Shown: piece by piece, positions 49,950-60,688 of the stretch
How positions within the stretch are numbered: the first letter of the stretch is position 1
How the letters are laid out: each line of letters begins with the position of its first letter
Assembly (NCBI GenBank): GCA_019828565.1
Contig: JAHDYR010000022.1
Location: 62,001-126,000, forward strand
DNA: 64,000 nt
Direction of reading: 5' to 3'
Source of the DNA: Carpediemonas membranifera BICM
Taxonomy: Eukaryota; Protista; Fornicata
The notes under the pieces: generated by a model
The model's database searches: none
What the model saw: the letters and a program-made list of their open reading frames with translations, nothing else
What the model was told of the DNA's origin: nothing
Position numbers and translations under genes: made by a program

Positions 49950-51319
49950 CTACAAGTGCCTGAGCCCAGTCAGCGTGCTTCTATGGGTGCCTACTAGAAG
50001 CTCCTCTCCCTTCATGTCCTTGGAGATGATCTCCCACATGTCCGGGATATGCTCTATATCTAGTTGACCGCTCCCAGATGTATCGCGGGTGAAGAACAGT
50101 GACAGCAGCACTCTTAACACACTACGGGATTCAGGTAACTCCTGTAGTGTCTGCAGTGCCTGTATGAGCTCTGCATAGAGACTACTGCCCATGAACCGGG
50201 GTAGACTCCCCTCCAGGACCAACCTGACGTCGACAAGGGCGGGTTCGAACAAGCTTCTAGCCCACTCTACCGAGACGTCGGCCTCAGTGGCCTTGTTGAT
50301 GGCGATGTTAAGGGTGGCTTCTGTTTCCATTGGTAGGTTGATCCCGAAGTCGGAGGAGTGGAGGAGGAACTTGGCCTGCAGGTCACGGATGCAGAGGAGA
50401 GCGTGGAAGCGGTCACATCTCGCGTGTTCAATAGCTCTACGGACAGCAAATATGAACGCGATGTTCTCTGACGCGTACTCCTGCTTTAGGAAGACGTAGT
50501 AATAGAGGCAGCCAGTCTTTGATCCCAAGACCTGGGCCAGTGTGCGTGGGAATGTCATCACTGGGCTGGTCAGGAGGACTGTGACATTGAGCAGCGGCAG
50601 CGCTGATGATGCGAATGGAACCAGCAGGATTGACGCGAACCCCGCGGCCCTGGCAACCGGGTAGCGGCGTTCTCATCCACGGGCCAGGCGGACAAGACCC
50701 ACATGCAAGCGAGGGAGAGTGTCATGTGGGCTATCTGGCCCTTGACTGGATACTGAAGGATATCTCCTATTGCAACACAAATTCCCCAGAGTATGAATAG
50801 AACAAAGCGGGGGAGGGTCATTAGTATGAACAGGAAGTTGGTAGAGGTCATGTAGGCATAGGACACCCTCTTCCACGGCCAGGAGAACGAGGGCCTGAGG
50901 AAGACGATGGTGTGGAGCAGCATGTTACTGAGAATGAGTGCTGCGACGACGAGGGCGGGAAAAACCGAGTTGCTGAAGGGGATGCGGATGTTCCTGCGGG
51001 CTAGGGTTATAGAGAGAATGGAGTAGAGCAGCGGGCATGCGCTTACGAAGTATGCTGTGTCCACACCGACGAGGACGAGGTATACCGAGAAGAGATGGGG
51101 GTCCTTGCCGGGCCAGAGGACAACGGACTGGACAAAATCCCACATGTCGATCAGGAAGACGAGGAAGAAGCCGAATGATGCGAATATGACTGCCGTTAAG
51201 GCATTATTCCGTATTCTTTTGAACAGCACTAGTGGTGCGGAGATTAAGAAGGCTGTTGCTGCGATTCCTTCAGCTACGAGATAAGTATACTCGGTAACAT
51301 CCTCAATACTTTGCCGCAT
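49950..51319 (-). CDS. Multi-TM (7-8 helices) protein with a C-terminal RGS domain, split by a frame change near 50670
   Basis: The upstream ORF has about 7 hydrophobic helices. The downstream frame is open from about 50672 (ERRYPVARAAGFASILLVPF...) into an RGS box: LAQVL...YYYVFLKQEYASENIAF...INLP...LFEPA...SLPRFMGSSLY. Confidence 0.75.
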
Positions 51320-51456
51320 TCCCAGATGCCAAAGATTGCGCTGATTGGGTAACAATCGCCAATCTTCTCGGAAGAAAGAAGCGCATCTCCCAAAATCTCC
51401 CGAAATCCACGAATCTACGGCACCAACAGACTGCCGAATACGACTTTAATCGTGTG

Positions 51457-53094
51457 CTATACCCGTTGTATCGGGTTCATCTCCTCAACGCCGTCCCCAA
51501 ACTCACACTCACTGGTTGCCCCAGACATGCAGTCGCCGTGGGCAACAGACGGAGGGAGCATCTGACCCCCGCCTAGACCCACATGCTCTCTGGCCCACAG
51601 CTTGGCGGCTCTCCAGCTCTTTGGGAGAAACAGGCCTCCTGCAATGATCAGAGGGGGGATGGCAGGCTCCGTGAACCGAGAGAGCGAGTAAATGATGTTG
51701 TCGTGGTCGAAAAACTGCACGCAACGCTGTAACACGGCGCTGATAACAAGGACGGAGACGACATAAGCTAGGTCAGACGCCTCCTTGACTGCTTCGAGAC
51801 CTGGGGCCCTAGATGACCTCGTCTGAATGGCTAGTAGACCAGCTGTCACAATCAGGGCAGCGATGACAATCTCCATGGGCAGGGTAGCTACAGGGTCAAG
51901 GAAGGAGTCGCACGCGATAGGCCGGACCGGCGATACCCATAGGGTCAAGGGCGCAGGGATAAAGATGGCGATGGCGTGCAGCACGAGGAAGATGGCCTGG
52001 AGGGCCAGGGCCGCCCAGACAAATCCATGGAGGTACATGGGGTTGAAGTAGCTCTGCTTAAACTGCTTGGCCTTCTGGAATATGCGCCACACCCTGAATG
52101 TCTTGGCGGTGAGGGCAGCCAGGGCCATGCTCTCACCGAGGTAGAAGAGCCACGTCTCGGCCCAGCAGCGGGCAGCGGGGAGGCCGGGCCAAGATGTCCC
52201 GATGAGGGCGCTGAGGGCACACAGGATGCAGCCGGTGAGGATGTAGATGGTCATGCTCCTGCCACCACTGGCGAAGGGGGGTGAGCGGCAGCAGATGCAC
52301 TGAGTTATTATACATAGGCAACCCATAAACAGCAATAGTACAGTAAATATGAGCCATAAGAAGCAGACGCCGGAGATCACGGCCGTTGATCCGAAGTATA
52401 GAGCCCCCACGACTTCCCCATCAACGACGATGGGGGCGTATGCACTGTAGTACGTCTGGCTGAACAGTTCGATGGGCCCACTCCACTCCTCTCCTTCCAG
52501 CAGCGCCTTACTGCGCTCGTTGACGCCGCCGTCCGCGTCGTAGTGCTGCATGACAGCGCCGACAGCCAAGACCTCACCCCCGTAGTCGACGGGTACTGTT
52601 GAGACAATGCGGACGAAGTCGTCGCCGACCCTCTGGAATATTGTAGTAACGCCGTTCCAGACGGTGTCCATGTGGACTAGGAAGTCGAGCACTGTCTTGG
52701 GCTCCCTGGTGGCGAGAGTTGCTGCTGTTTCATACCAAGTCGGGTTCAGGAAGGCGTGGTAGTCGGGTACGATGGTGCGGCTGCCTATGGTGAAGTTGGG
52801 CAAGGACATGTTCCTTGGCTCGGTGCATATGATCTTGATGTTGCAGCCGTCGGCCAGAGAGGAGGATGAGTCGGCATATGTCAGCCAGGTTTGGTTGGTG
52901 GTCGCGGAAACAGAGTACCCGCTACCAAATTGCTCATGGAGCATACTTGTTATGCTTTCGAGCGCGCTTCTGCTGCTGGTGGTGGCGAATAACGCATCAA
53001 TGTCGTTCCAAAACCAGTCCGCGCGAACAGCCTCTATCACACATAGAACAACGATTATCGATGCAAATACACGTTGTAACGAAAGACATTGCAT
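51457..53094 (-). CDS. Class C (GABA-B-like) 7TM receptor with an extracellular Cache-like ligand-binding domain
   Basis: Signal peptide; TTIFQRVGDDFVRIVSTV...AVG...ALLEGEEWSG.IELF...YYSAYAPI..DGEVVGALYFG; then 7 TMs with CWAETWLFYLG...LTAKTFRVWRIF and the TM7-end LFLPK. Confidence 0.8.
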   Translation of the reverse strand: MQCLSLQRVFASIIVVLCVIEAVRADWFWNDIDALFATTSSRSALESITSMLHEQFGSGYSVSATTNQTWLTYADSSSSLADGCNIKIICTEPRNMSLPNFTIGSRTIVPDYHAFLNPTWYETAATLATREPKTVLDFLVHMDTVWNGVTTIFQRVGDDFVRIVSTVPVDYGGEVLAVGAVMQHYDADGGVNERSKALLEGEEWSGPIELFSQTYYSAYAPIVVDGEVVGALYFGSTAVISGVCFLWLIFTVLLLFMGCLCIITQCICCRSPPFASGGRSMTIYILTGCILCALSALIGTSWPGLPAARCWAETWLFYLGESMALAALTAKTFRVWRIFQKAKQFKQSYFNPMYLHGFVWAALALQAIFLVLHAIAIFIPAPLTLWVSPVRPIACDSFLDPVATLPMEIVIAALIVTAGLLAIQTRSSRAPGLEAVKEASDLAYVVSVLVISAVLQRCVQFFDHDNIIYSLSRFTEPAIPPLIIAGGLFLPKSWRAAKLWAREHVGLGGGQMLPPSVAHGDCMSGATSECEFGDGVEEMNPIQRV

Positions 53095-53265
53095 CGAATA
53101 GCGCTGGATGCCTTTTCAATGTTCTGTTCGAAATCTCACCTCGGCCAACTTGCCGATGAATCGAATCAAATCAGTCATATCCACATCAATGCAGGTCCAC
53201 CTCATCATCACCGTGTGCTTTACAAGCTCAGATGGGTGCTTCTCGTCAAGCCTATCTGTACAACG

Positions 53266-55818
53266 CTACTCGACCTCAAACGTCACCGGCCGTCCGCCCA
53301 GCCTCCATTGCTGCACCATAAGGTCGGCCGCCCGCTCCCACGCCCTCACCCAGCCCGCCGTGTCAAACAGACCGGGGCCGAGGCGGGCGGCCGTAAGATG
53401 ACTGCGGATGCTGGTGTAGTACGCACTGTCGCGGCAGAGGTGGTTGGCGATCTCCACAAACTTCTCGGGTGACGTGGCAACGAGTTCGCCCATACCCATG
53501 AACTCCAGCATAGATGTGGCAACCCTCGAGGCCATGGTGTTGGCCGGCATCGTCACGACGGGAACACCCGCCCAGAGGATGTCAGCGACGGTGGTGTGCC
53601 CGTTGCAGTGCCACGTGTCGAGGAAGACGTCGACCATGAGGCCCCGTCTTATATGCTCGGCCTTGGGCGCCGTGTCGAGGAAGATCAGACGCTCGGCTTC
53701 CAGGCCCAGGCTCATCGCGAATGCCCTGAGGCGGGCCTCTGCCTCCGGTGGGAAGCGGAGCAGGACCAGTACGGCGTTACGGCGCTCGTTGGCCATGACG
53801 ATTCGGACCCAACGAGTGAAGGAGGCGGGGTCGAACTTGTACACCTGGTTGAAGCAGGCGAAGACGAATGCGTCGACGGGGATGCCGTACACCCGCCGCA
53901 TCTCGGCCCTGGCCTCACCCCGACGCTCACACGCGCCCTGAAGCTCCTCGTCGGTGAAGAGGTCGGCGTGAGCCTGTCTGTGATCTGTCACAAAGTACGA
54001 CTGCGGTAAGAAGACGAGGTTCTCGCTGTAGAGATAGCCCAGGTCGGGTGGTGATGCCGCCCTGTCCGTCACGAGATAGTCAATGAAGGGCGCGCCCGTA
54101 GTGGAGGGGAAGCCGAGCATGCTGGCAATCACTGGAGCAGGCCGCATGGCGCAGATCTCGTTCCTCGTGCCGCGGGTGTACCCGTTGAGATTGACGAGGA
54201 CATGGATGCCGTCCCCGTGTATTGCACGGGCAGCCTCGACGTCAGTCATTGCAGACAAATCCCTGAACCCATCTGAGTCAGCTTCGACCCGCCCACGCAT
54301 GGCAGACCCGTCTGACGGATTGAGGGCGTAGCAGTAGACACTGACTCGGCACCTATCATGGAGGCCAAACACTGACACCATCTGTGTGTGGGCCATCGGA
54401 TGATCGCCGAAATCTGCAGATACGTATCCGATCCTGATTGTCTCAGAATTCAATAAATGGTCGAATCTAAAACCAAGATCGAGCCCCATCGCGTCGACCC
54501 CCGCCTGACACCTGAGGCCGTACGCCCTACTGATCTCTCTCACCTGGGTGTCATCCAGGGGCATTGCCAGAGCATGGAAGGGCTGGACGGAGGGAAGGGG
54601 GGCCATGCGGTTGAACGACACGCGACGGAGCTGGTCACCAATGAGGTTTCTCAGGGTGTGCGATCTCGACTGCCAGCTGTCCCACTGCCCAACACACAGC
54701 TCGGTGTAAAAGAGCGTGGCAAATGCGTCCGTTGACGCCGGGTCGATGTCGAGGGCCCTTGTGTAGTGGACTAGCGCCTTCTCCAGCCGGGAGTGGTCCT
54801 TGTAGAGGTGTCCGACGTTCATATGGGCGTCAAAGAAGGACGGGTTGAGCTGGAGGGCCTTGGTGTAGTACTGTAGCGCCTTACGGTAGTCGCCCCCGTG
54901 TTTAAGGACATTGCCCAGGTTGCTGTATGGGTCGGCGTAGTTGGGGTCTAGCTTCACAGCCTGCAGGTAGGAGGCAACCGCGTCGGGGAGGTTTCCCAGA
55001 GCTCTGTACGCTGTCCCGAGGTTGTTATGGGCGGGGGCGTACGTCGGGTCGAGCTCGATGGCCAGCTTAAGGTGCTCTATGGCCTCTGCGAACCTGTGCT
55101 CGTGGAGACAGAGGCACCCGGCTCTGTCCCGGACGGGCGCAGTGACGGCCTCGGGGAACTTGTTGATAAAGTGGAGGAACGTCGCATAGGCCTGGGCCCC
55201 GGTGCCGGTCTGCTGCAGGGCGTGAGACAGCCCGATGTAGCCCTCCTGGCGGTCGGGGTAGGTGCTAATAACCCGCTTGTACACGGGGATGGCCTTGCTG
55301 GGGTCGCCCATCTCGCAGAATATGAGGCCTAGAGTTACCAAAGGGTCGAGAGTGTTACCCTGTGCTCCACCGACGTTGAATGCGCGGTGGCAAACGTCTG
55401 CAGCCTTGACAAAGTCATGCAGCTGACGGTAAACATAAGCCAAGCTCATGAGAGAGGGTAGGGACTCCTCAAGCTCCAGGGCCTTGACATGGAACTCCTC
55501 GGCCCTCCTGAGATCACCCTGCTCGAGGTAGAGATTCGCTATGTTGACGTACGGTGTGGCACTGGAGGGATCGCAGGAGATTGCTGTCTGATACGATCGT
55601 AGAGCCAGCTGGAACTCACTGAGCGACCGGTAGATGTTCCCCATAGTATTTTGGGTCTCAGAGTTCGTAGGATCAATGGAAATAGACTTTTCGCAGACCA
55701 TGAGCGCGTTGACAAAGTCTCCCCGTTGGTACAGGTCGCAGGCCTCTTGATTCAGCGCGTCCGCCTGTGCAACGACCAATAAATCGCAAAGTCTGTTGCT
55801 GCATGGTGTTTCCAACAT
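53266..55818 (-). CDS. OGT: O-GlcNAc transferase (TPR repeats plus GT41 catalytic domain)
   Basis: TPRs (HNNLG, YSNLGN), PSVQPFHAL, RIGYVSADFGDHP, LVNLNGYTRG, FNQVYK and NGHTT..DILWAGVPVVT. Confidence 0.92.
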   Translation of the reverse strand: MLETPCSNRLCDLLVVAQADALNQEACDLYQRGDFVNALMVCEKSISIDPTNSETQNTMGNIYRSLSEFQLALRSYQTAISCDPSSATPYVNIANLYLEQGDLRRAEEFHVKALELEESLPSLMSLAYVYRQLHDFVKAADVCHRAFNVGGAQGNTLDPLVTLGLIFCEMGDPSKAIPVYKRVISTYPDRQEGYIGLSHALQQTGTGAQAYATFLHFINKFPEAVTAPVRDRAGCLCLHEHRFAEAIEHLKLAIELDPTYAPAHNNLGTAYRALGNLPDAVASYLQAVKLDPNYADPYSNLGNVLKHGGDYRKALQYYTKALQLNPSFFDAHMNVGHLYKDHSRLEKALVHYTRALDIDPASTDAFATLFYTELCVGQWDSWQSRSHTLRNLIGDQLRRVSFNRMAPLPSVQPFHALAMPLDDTQVREISRAYGLRCQAGVDAMGLDLGFRFDHLLNSETIRIGYVSADFGDHPMAHTQMVSVFGLHDRCRVSVYCYALNPSDGSAMRGRVEADSDGFRDLSAMTDVEAARAIHGDGIHVLVNLNGYTRGTRNEICAMRPAPVIASMLGFPSTTGAPFIDYLVTDRAASPPDLGYLYSENLVFLPQSYFVTDHRQAHADLFTDEELQGACERRGEARAEMRRVYGIPVDAFVFACFNQVYKFDPASFTRWVRIVMANERRNAVLVLLRFPPEAEARLRAFAMSLGLEAERLIFLDTAPKAEHIRRGLMVDVFLDTWHCNGHTTVADILWAGVPVVTMPANTMASRVATSMLEFMGMGELVATSPEKFVEIANHLCRDSAYYTSIRSHLTAARLGPGLFDTAGWVRAWERAADLMVQQWRLGGRPVTFEVE

Positions 55819-56428
55819 CTCCCCGTTCCAGGAAGATTGTCGTGGTGATTGAAGCGATCTGACAAAAACTGCACCGCCGCGATCACCCCCCAATCACGGC
55901 GATCCATGTGGTTTTAACCCTCGCCTTGAGTCTTCTGGAGTGTTTCGTTACCTTGTGAGTGCTCAGAGTCGCTGGCATGTCAGGGCCGCCGGTCCGAGCG
56001 ATTTACCGCATGTCAAGGATGGTCAACGACCAAATCTATCGATATATCTGATATACGAAAAACCGAGGACGCTTGGTTGATCATACGGCGGAATGTCGAC
56101 ACTCTACCCACTGGATCCGGTGGGCCATCCCTTGTTTCACAGTTCTGACTTCGCCGACATTTGACAGAGAAGTCGAGGTGGTTGGCTCTGGGAGCATGGC
56201 TATGATCTGGTTATGAACTTGTGAAATGGTCTTTCTGAGGTAGTCGGGTCGCCGTTTCTCTGACCGCGGTGGGGGTGTCGCAAGGCTTTGGATGAAGCTG
56301 CCGATAAGTGCCCCGTAAACACTATACATAACTGTACATGACGATCATCGATGGCCCTTGACCCCCGTCGATGTGTACTTGGCGGATCGATCAGTGTCGA
56401 ATTTGACATACAACGACGAAGCCGCAAT

Positions 56429-57259
56429 ATGAGCGAAACAAAGGAGGTTCTTATAGACATGGGCTTCGATGCCAATGATGCTGATACTGCTATCCAGAAC
56501 GGCTACAACGACGTTGAATCCGCCCTGGAGTACATCCAGGCCAAGATGAGCGGTAATACCCTCCCGCCAAGGAATGTTCAGGCGATCAACAACGAAAGCA
56601 GTACATCACAGCAAACGGGGGAGACGTTTGAGGAACGACAGGCCCGGTTGAAGCAACAGATCGAGCAGCGGAAGCAGGAACGTTTGCTCAAGGAGAAAGA
56701 AACAGAGAAACTAGACGAGATCAGACGCCGCCAGGACACCAGAGCCACTAGGGACGCCAAGGAGGCGTGGGAGGCCAAACAGGTAGCGATAGACCGTGAG
56801 GCGAGAAAGAACGAGCGTCGCAAGGAGCGGGACTACAAGGCCGCCCTCCTCGCGAGGATCCAGGCGGACAGGGAAGCCAAGCTTGCAGCCCAGCCACCCA
56901 TGCCTGCTGCCCCCCAGTCCCCTGCCGCCTCAGCAGCACCGGATTCCCCTGTAGCGCAGGGTTCGACGCCCTTCTCCATCGCCCGGCAGAGTCCGGCGCC
57001 CCCAGCAGAAATCACGGAGACGGTGGTGCGGGTCCGGCAGCCCGACAACCAGTGCATTGAGCGGGTGTTCAGTGTGAAGGACACTGTCAGAGACGTCGTC
57101 CGGTGGGTTGCTGATGCCCGCACTGACGGCTGTGTTGGGCCGTTCGACCTGTTCATATTCCCCAAACGCAAGTTCAGCGGGGCAGCACTGGATATGACGC
57201 TGAAGGAGGCTAATGCTGTGCCCAAGGTTCTGTTTGCTATGATTAGTCACGTACAGTAA
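56429..57259 (+). CDS. UBA-UBX protein (UBXN1/SAKS1-like p97 cofactor)
   Basis: N-terminal LIDMGF...VESALEYI (UBA), a coiled coil, and C-terminal VRVRQPD...F...DTV...FPKRKF (UBX). Confidence 0.85.
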   Translation: MSETKEVLIDMGFDANDADTAIQNGYNDVESALEYIQAKMSGNTLPPRNVQAINNESSTSQQTGETFEERQARLKQQIEQRKQERLLKEKETEKLDEIRRRQDTRATRDAKEAWEAKQVAIDREARKNERRKERDYKAALLARIQADREAKLAAQPPMPAAPQSPAASAAPDSPVAQGSTPFSIARQSPAPPAEITETVVRVRQPDNQCIERVFSVKDTVRDVVRWVADARTDGCVGPFDLFIFPKRKFSGAALDMTLKEANAVPKVLFAMISHVQ

Positions 57260-57358
57260 AGCATGCCCCATGGTGCGGTGATTGCTACATTCGTTGGTCG
57301 TATCATGGTTGGGCAGGCGATTATATCTAGTGTATCCTGCGGGAATTCGACGACAGAC

Positions 57359-57982
57359 ATGCTGTCACAGGCCCAAATAGGAGCCATATGCGGGTATATG
57401 GCCACAGTTGCATACACTCTTCAGTACATACCACAGCTGGTATCGAATTTCCGCCGTAGATCCGTGGAGGGGCTTAGTTTGACGTGCTACATCATCAAGC
57501 TCATCGGAGCGTACTTCCTGTTCGTAGTGGCGCTTATCTCGGGTGAGCATCCCTCTGTAATATGCTATGGGATGGTCAACTTGATCCAATACAACCTCTT
57601 CATGTTCTTTTGGTTCCGATTCCACCACGTCCACTGGGTCGCCTGGACTGCCCTCACCCCCATGGCTCCCCTTGTGCTCGTCTACCTCTGGCCCGAGGTG
57701 GGCAACTACACCATCTTCCTCAAGCCCCTCTCCCAGGTGTTCTCCCACATCCCCCAACTGATGCACGTGAACAAAGCAAAGACCACTAATGGTGTCAGCA
57801 TGAAGACACAGGGTCTCTGCTTCATGGGCGGGCTGTGCGGCTTCATCATGACCCTTCTAGTCCCCCCCAAGTCGTTTGGAGTCACCGCCGCCTACATCTG
57901 TGCCATGGGGCAGGGGGCCACGCTGGTGGCAGCCAGGGTCTATTACGGCGATCATCCTCGGCTGGGGGCGAGGGGTGTCTGA
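57359..57982 (+). CDS. PQ-loop repeat transporter
   Basis: Two PQ loops: YIPQLVSNFRRRSVEGLS and HIPQLMHVNKAKTTNGVS. Confidence 0.88.
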   Translation: MLSQAQIGAICGYMATVAYTLQYIPQLVSNFRRRSVEGLSLTCYIIKLIGAYFLFVVALISGEHPSVICYGMVNLIQYNLFMFFWFRFHHVHWVAWTALTPMAPLVLVYLWPEVGNYTIFLKPLSQVFSHIPQLMHVNKAKTTNGVSMKTQGLCFMGGLCGFIMTLLVPPKSFGVTAAYICAMGQGATLVAARVYYGDHPRLGARGV

Positions 57983-58358
57983 TGGCTACCGGGGTCAACT
58001 CAACGCTCCGTAAATTTATCACTGCAGTGTGGTGCGACCATTTGAACCAAGTCTATCGAACCCAAGTCGACTGGCTGACCGCAGACTGACTGTCGACTTT
58101 ATGAATGTTGGTGGACCCCGGTCACCTCTCAGGCATGTGCAAGCGTGCATTCACTTGGAGGCAGCGCCGATAAATCTCCCCGAGCAATCTCTGAACTCAT
58201 CAGATTCGGTTCGATTGGATTCAACCCTAGGTTGACTAGGAAATGATGCGGAATGACTCAATAGTACACTGTTCTCGCTTCTGGCCCCACTTCCAGCCTC
58301 TTCATCTCCACCGGATGAGGTGCAGATTTGGTTGCTTCAGTGTGAAAGCGGGGAGATC

Positions 58359-58851
58359 ATGTCGATGCAAAAGACGAATATTGAGCACTCCTTGGATTAT
58401 GATAGGCAAGACATCTACGTATACCCTGTGGACAACCTGGACTACGAAGTATTGTGTGTACGCCCCGCTTTCGCTAACTCAGGGTCGAAATGAACAAATC
58501 CGAGAAGCACACTCACATGGCCATGTTCCGCTTCTTCAAGGAAGACAGTACTATTGGCTGCATCATCCGAGAGTTTGTTACAGCCCCCCTCTCTCACCCA
58601 GTCTTCTTCTCGAGAACCCGCACATCACGTTCGCCGGCCACCGTGTCCCGCATCCCCTCCAGCCCGAGCTGCAGGTGCAGGTACAGACTGATGGCTCGAT
58701 CTCCCCCGAGGACGCCATGATCGAGGCGCTTGAAGACATGGCCCAGATGTTCAACGAGAACGTCGAAAGCCAGTTCGCCGCAGCATACGACCAGAAGATG
58801 GAGGACCTGCGGAAGTCTGCAGTGACACACGTTGGCGATGTAGACATGTAG
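58359..58851 (+). CDS. RPB11: RNA polymerase II subunit RPB11, three exons (58359-58453, 58483-58572, 58602-58851)
   Basis: The spliced product contains KEDSTIGCIIRDLLLENPHITFAGHRVPHPL (RPB11 motif EDHTLGN...LL..P.V.FAGY.VPHPL). Both introns restore the frame. RPC19 is less likely but not excluded. Confidence 0.85.
58454..58482 (+). other. Spliceosomal intron, 29 nt
   Basis: GTGTGT...GCTAACTCAG; removal joins the RPB11 frames. Confidence 0.75.
58573..58601 (+). other. Spliceosomal intron, 29 nt
   Basis: GTTTGT...TCTCACCCAG; removal reconstructs the conserved RPB11 motif. Confidence 0.88.
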
Positions 58852-59037
58852 ACTTATCTTATTGGGACCCATGCGTCGATAGCTAATCTGGGCTGTCTTG
58901 ACGACAGCAGGACAAGTAAAGTGGTAATGCTACCCAGTGAAGCTGTCAGCCGTTCTCTGCCCTGCCTGAACCATGCTGGCAGGGTGCTTTGACCAGCGTT
59001 GAAACAGGGCACACAAATGACGAAAGGAGCACCACGC

Positions 59038-60688
59038 ATGCTGTTGTTCCTTCTCCTCGCTTTATTCGCTGTTGTGGGTGCGGAAGTAGTCCCTGGCTCT
59101 GTCATCATGCAGAGTGGATCCCTTGTATTCCAGAACAAGGAAGACGCGAAGGCTATTGCTTCCGGTTCGTTGATACCACTCAGTTTCTCACACAGGCAAC
59201 TTTGAAGATGTTATGAACAGCACAGGATGGTCCTACCTCCACGTCACTACGAACGGCGATTACAAGGATGGCTACCAAGCCATCGCTGCAGGCTACCTCG
59301 AGGGCTATCTCACCGCTGACCTTCTCGAGGCGCAGTGGCACAACTACCACGACCACTTCGTCGCGGACTTCACTGACAAGCAGGTTCCCGACGCTGTGAT
59401 CACATTTTTCACAGACCACTACTCCTACATGGTTCAGCAGACCCAGATGAAGTCGTACAGCGACGACTACTGGTACCAGGTCATGCTCAGACTCAAGGAG
59501 CTGCAGGGTATGACCGACGGCTACAATGCCGCGGGCAAGAAGACGCAGCTTTCCGTCATCGACATGCTCATGATGACTTCCGAGGGTGACTGCTACGAGA
59601 TCGTCCCCGCGGTCATGCAGGCCACTGAGAAGGACACGCGCCTGTCCATCCCCGACTTCCAGGCCTTCGACATCGAGGCCGAGCGCCACTTCCACTTCCG
59701 GACGCACTGCAGCGCCCTGATCAAGCTCTCGGGGAACGAGGTCGCCGCAGGCCACACTACATGGACCCAGATGAGTGAGATGGTTCGTGTTTACAAGTCT
59801 TTTGAGTACAACTTCTCTACAGGCAAGGCAAAGTATTCGTTCTCCTCCAAGCCCGGCATGCTGTTCAGCAAGGACGACTACTACACCGTCGAGACCCCCG
59901 CTGGCCACAAGATGGTGGTGATGGAGACCACCAACAGCATCATGAACACGACGCTGTACCAGTTCGTCAAGCCGCAGACGCTGCTGACCTGGATGAGAGT
60001 GCCGCTCGCCATCAGGATGGCCGCGACGCCCCAGCAGTGGTTCGAGGTGTTCGAGAAGGAGAACAGCGGCACGTACTGCAACCAGTGGATGGTGCTGGAC
60101 ACTACGACGATCAACGCCGACGGGACCATGCAACCCGGGTCCTTCTTTGTCGGCGAGCAGATCCCAGGATACGTCCACTACGCTGATATGACGGCCGTGC
60201 TCAACGAGCAGGGCTACTGGCCGTCCTACAACATCCCGTACTTCAAGGACATCTACACCGTCAGTGGCTACCCCAACGCCGTCGCAAAGAAGGGCGACGG
60301 CTACTCGTACACCAAGTGCCCCCGCGCCCGCCTCTTCGCCGAGCACCAGGCGACTGTCACTGGTGCCCAGGGCGTCTTCGACCTCCTCCGCTACAACGAC
60401 CCCACCGACCCAGTCCAGAACGGGTCCCCAGCCGCAGCCATCGCCTCTAGATACGACCTGCTGCCCCCTACTGACCCCCTGCACGCGGCATTCGGTGCCA
60501 TTGACGCGAAGACCACGGATTCTTCGCTGCTGAGGACCAAGAGCCTCGAGACGGCCTCGCTGATCCAGTCGGGCCCAACCCACAACAACGGCCGGCCTGC
60601 CTTCAGCTGGAGCGGGTACGTAGGTCAGACGTACACACACCTGGGCATGCCCGACGCATGGAACATGCCTCAGGTGCAGAGCAAGTAA
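59038..60688 (+). CDS. Phospholipase B-like Ntn-hydrolase (PLBD1/2 family), two exons
   Basis: Signal peptide MLLFLLLALFAVVGA; AGYLEGYLT, HCSALIK, GHTTW, SKDDYY, NSGTY.NQW, YWPSYN.PY and GAIDAK. Intron at 59165-59195. Confidence 0.9.
59165..59195 (+). other. Spliceosomal intron, 31 nt
   Basis: GTTCGT...TCTCACACAG; joins the signal-peptide exon in frame with the 59213 ORF. Confidence 0.85.

Noticed and set aside
56164-56200. U6-like words ACAGAGAAG ... AGCATGGC in the OGT/UBX gap
   Set aside because: The spacing is 20 nt rather than about 3 nt, there is no convincing internal stem-loop, and removing the GT-AG segment destroys the AGC triad.
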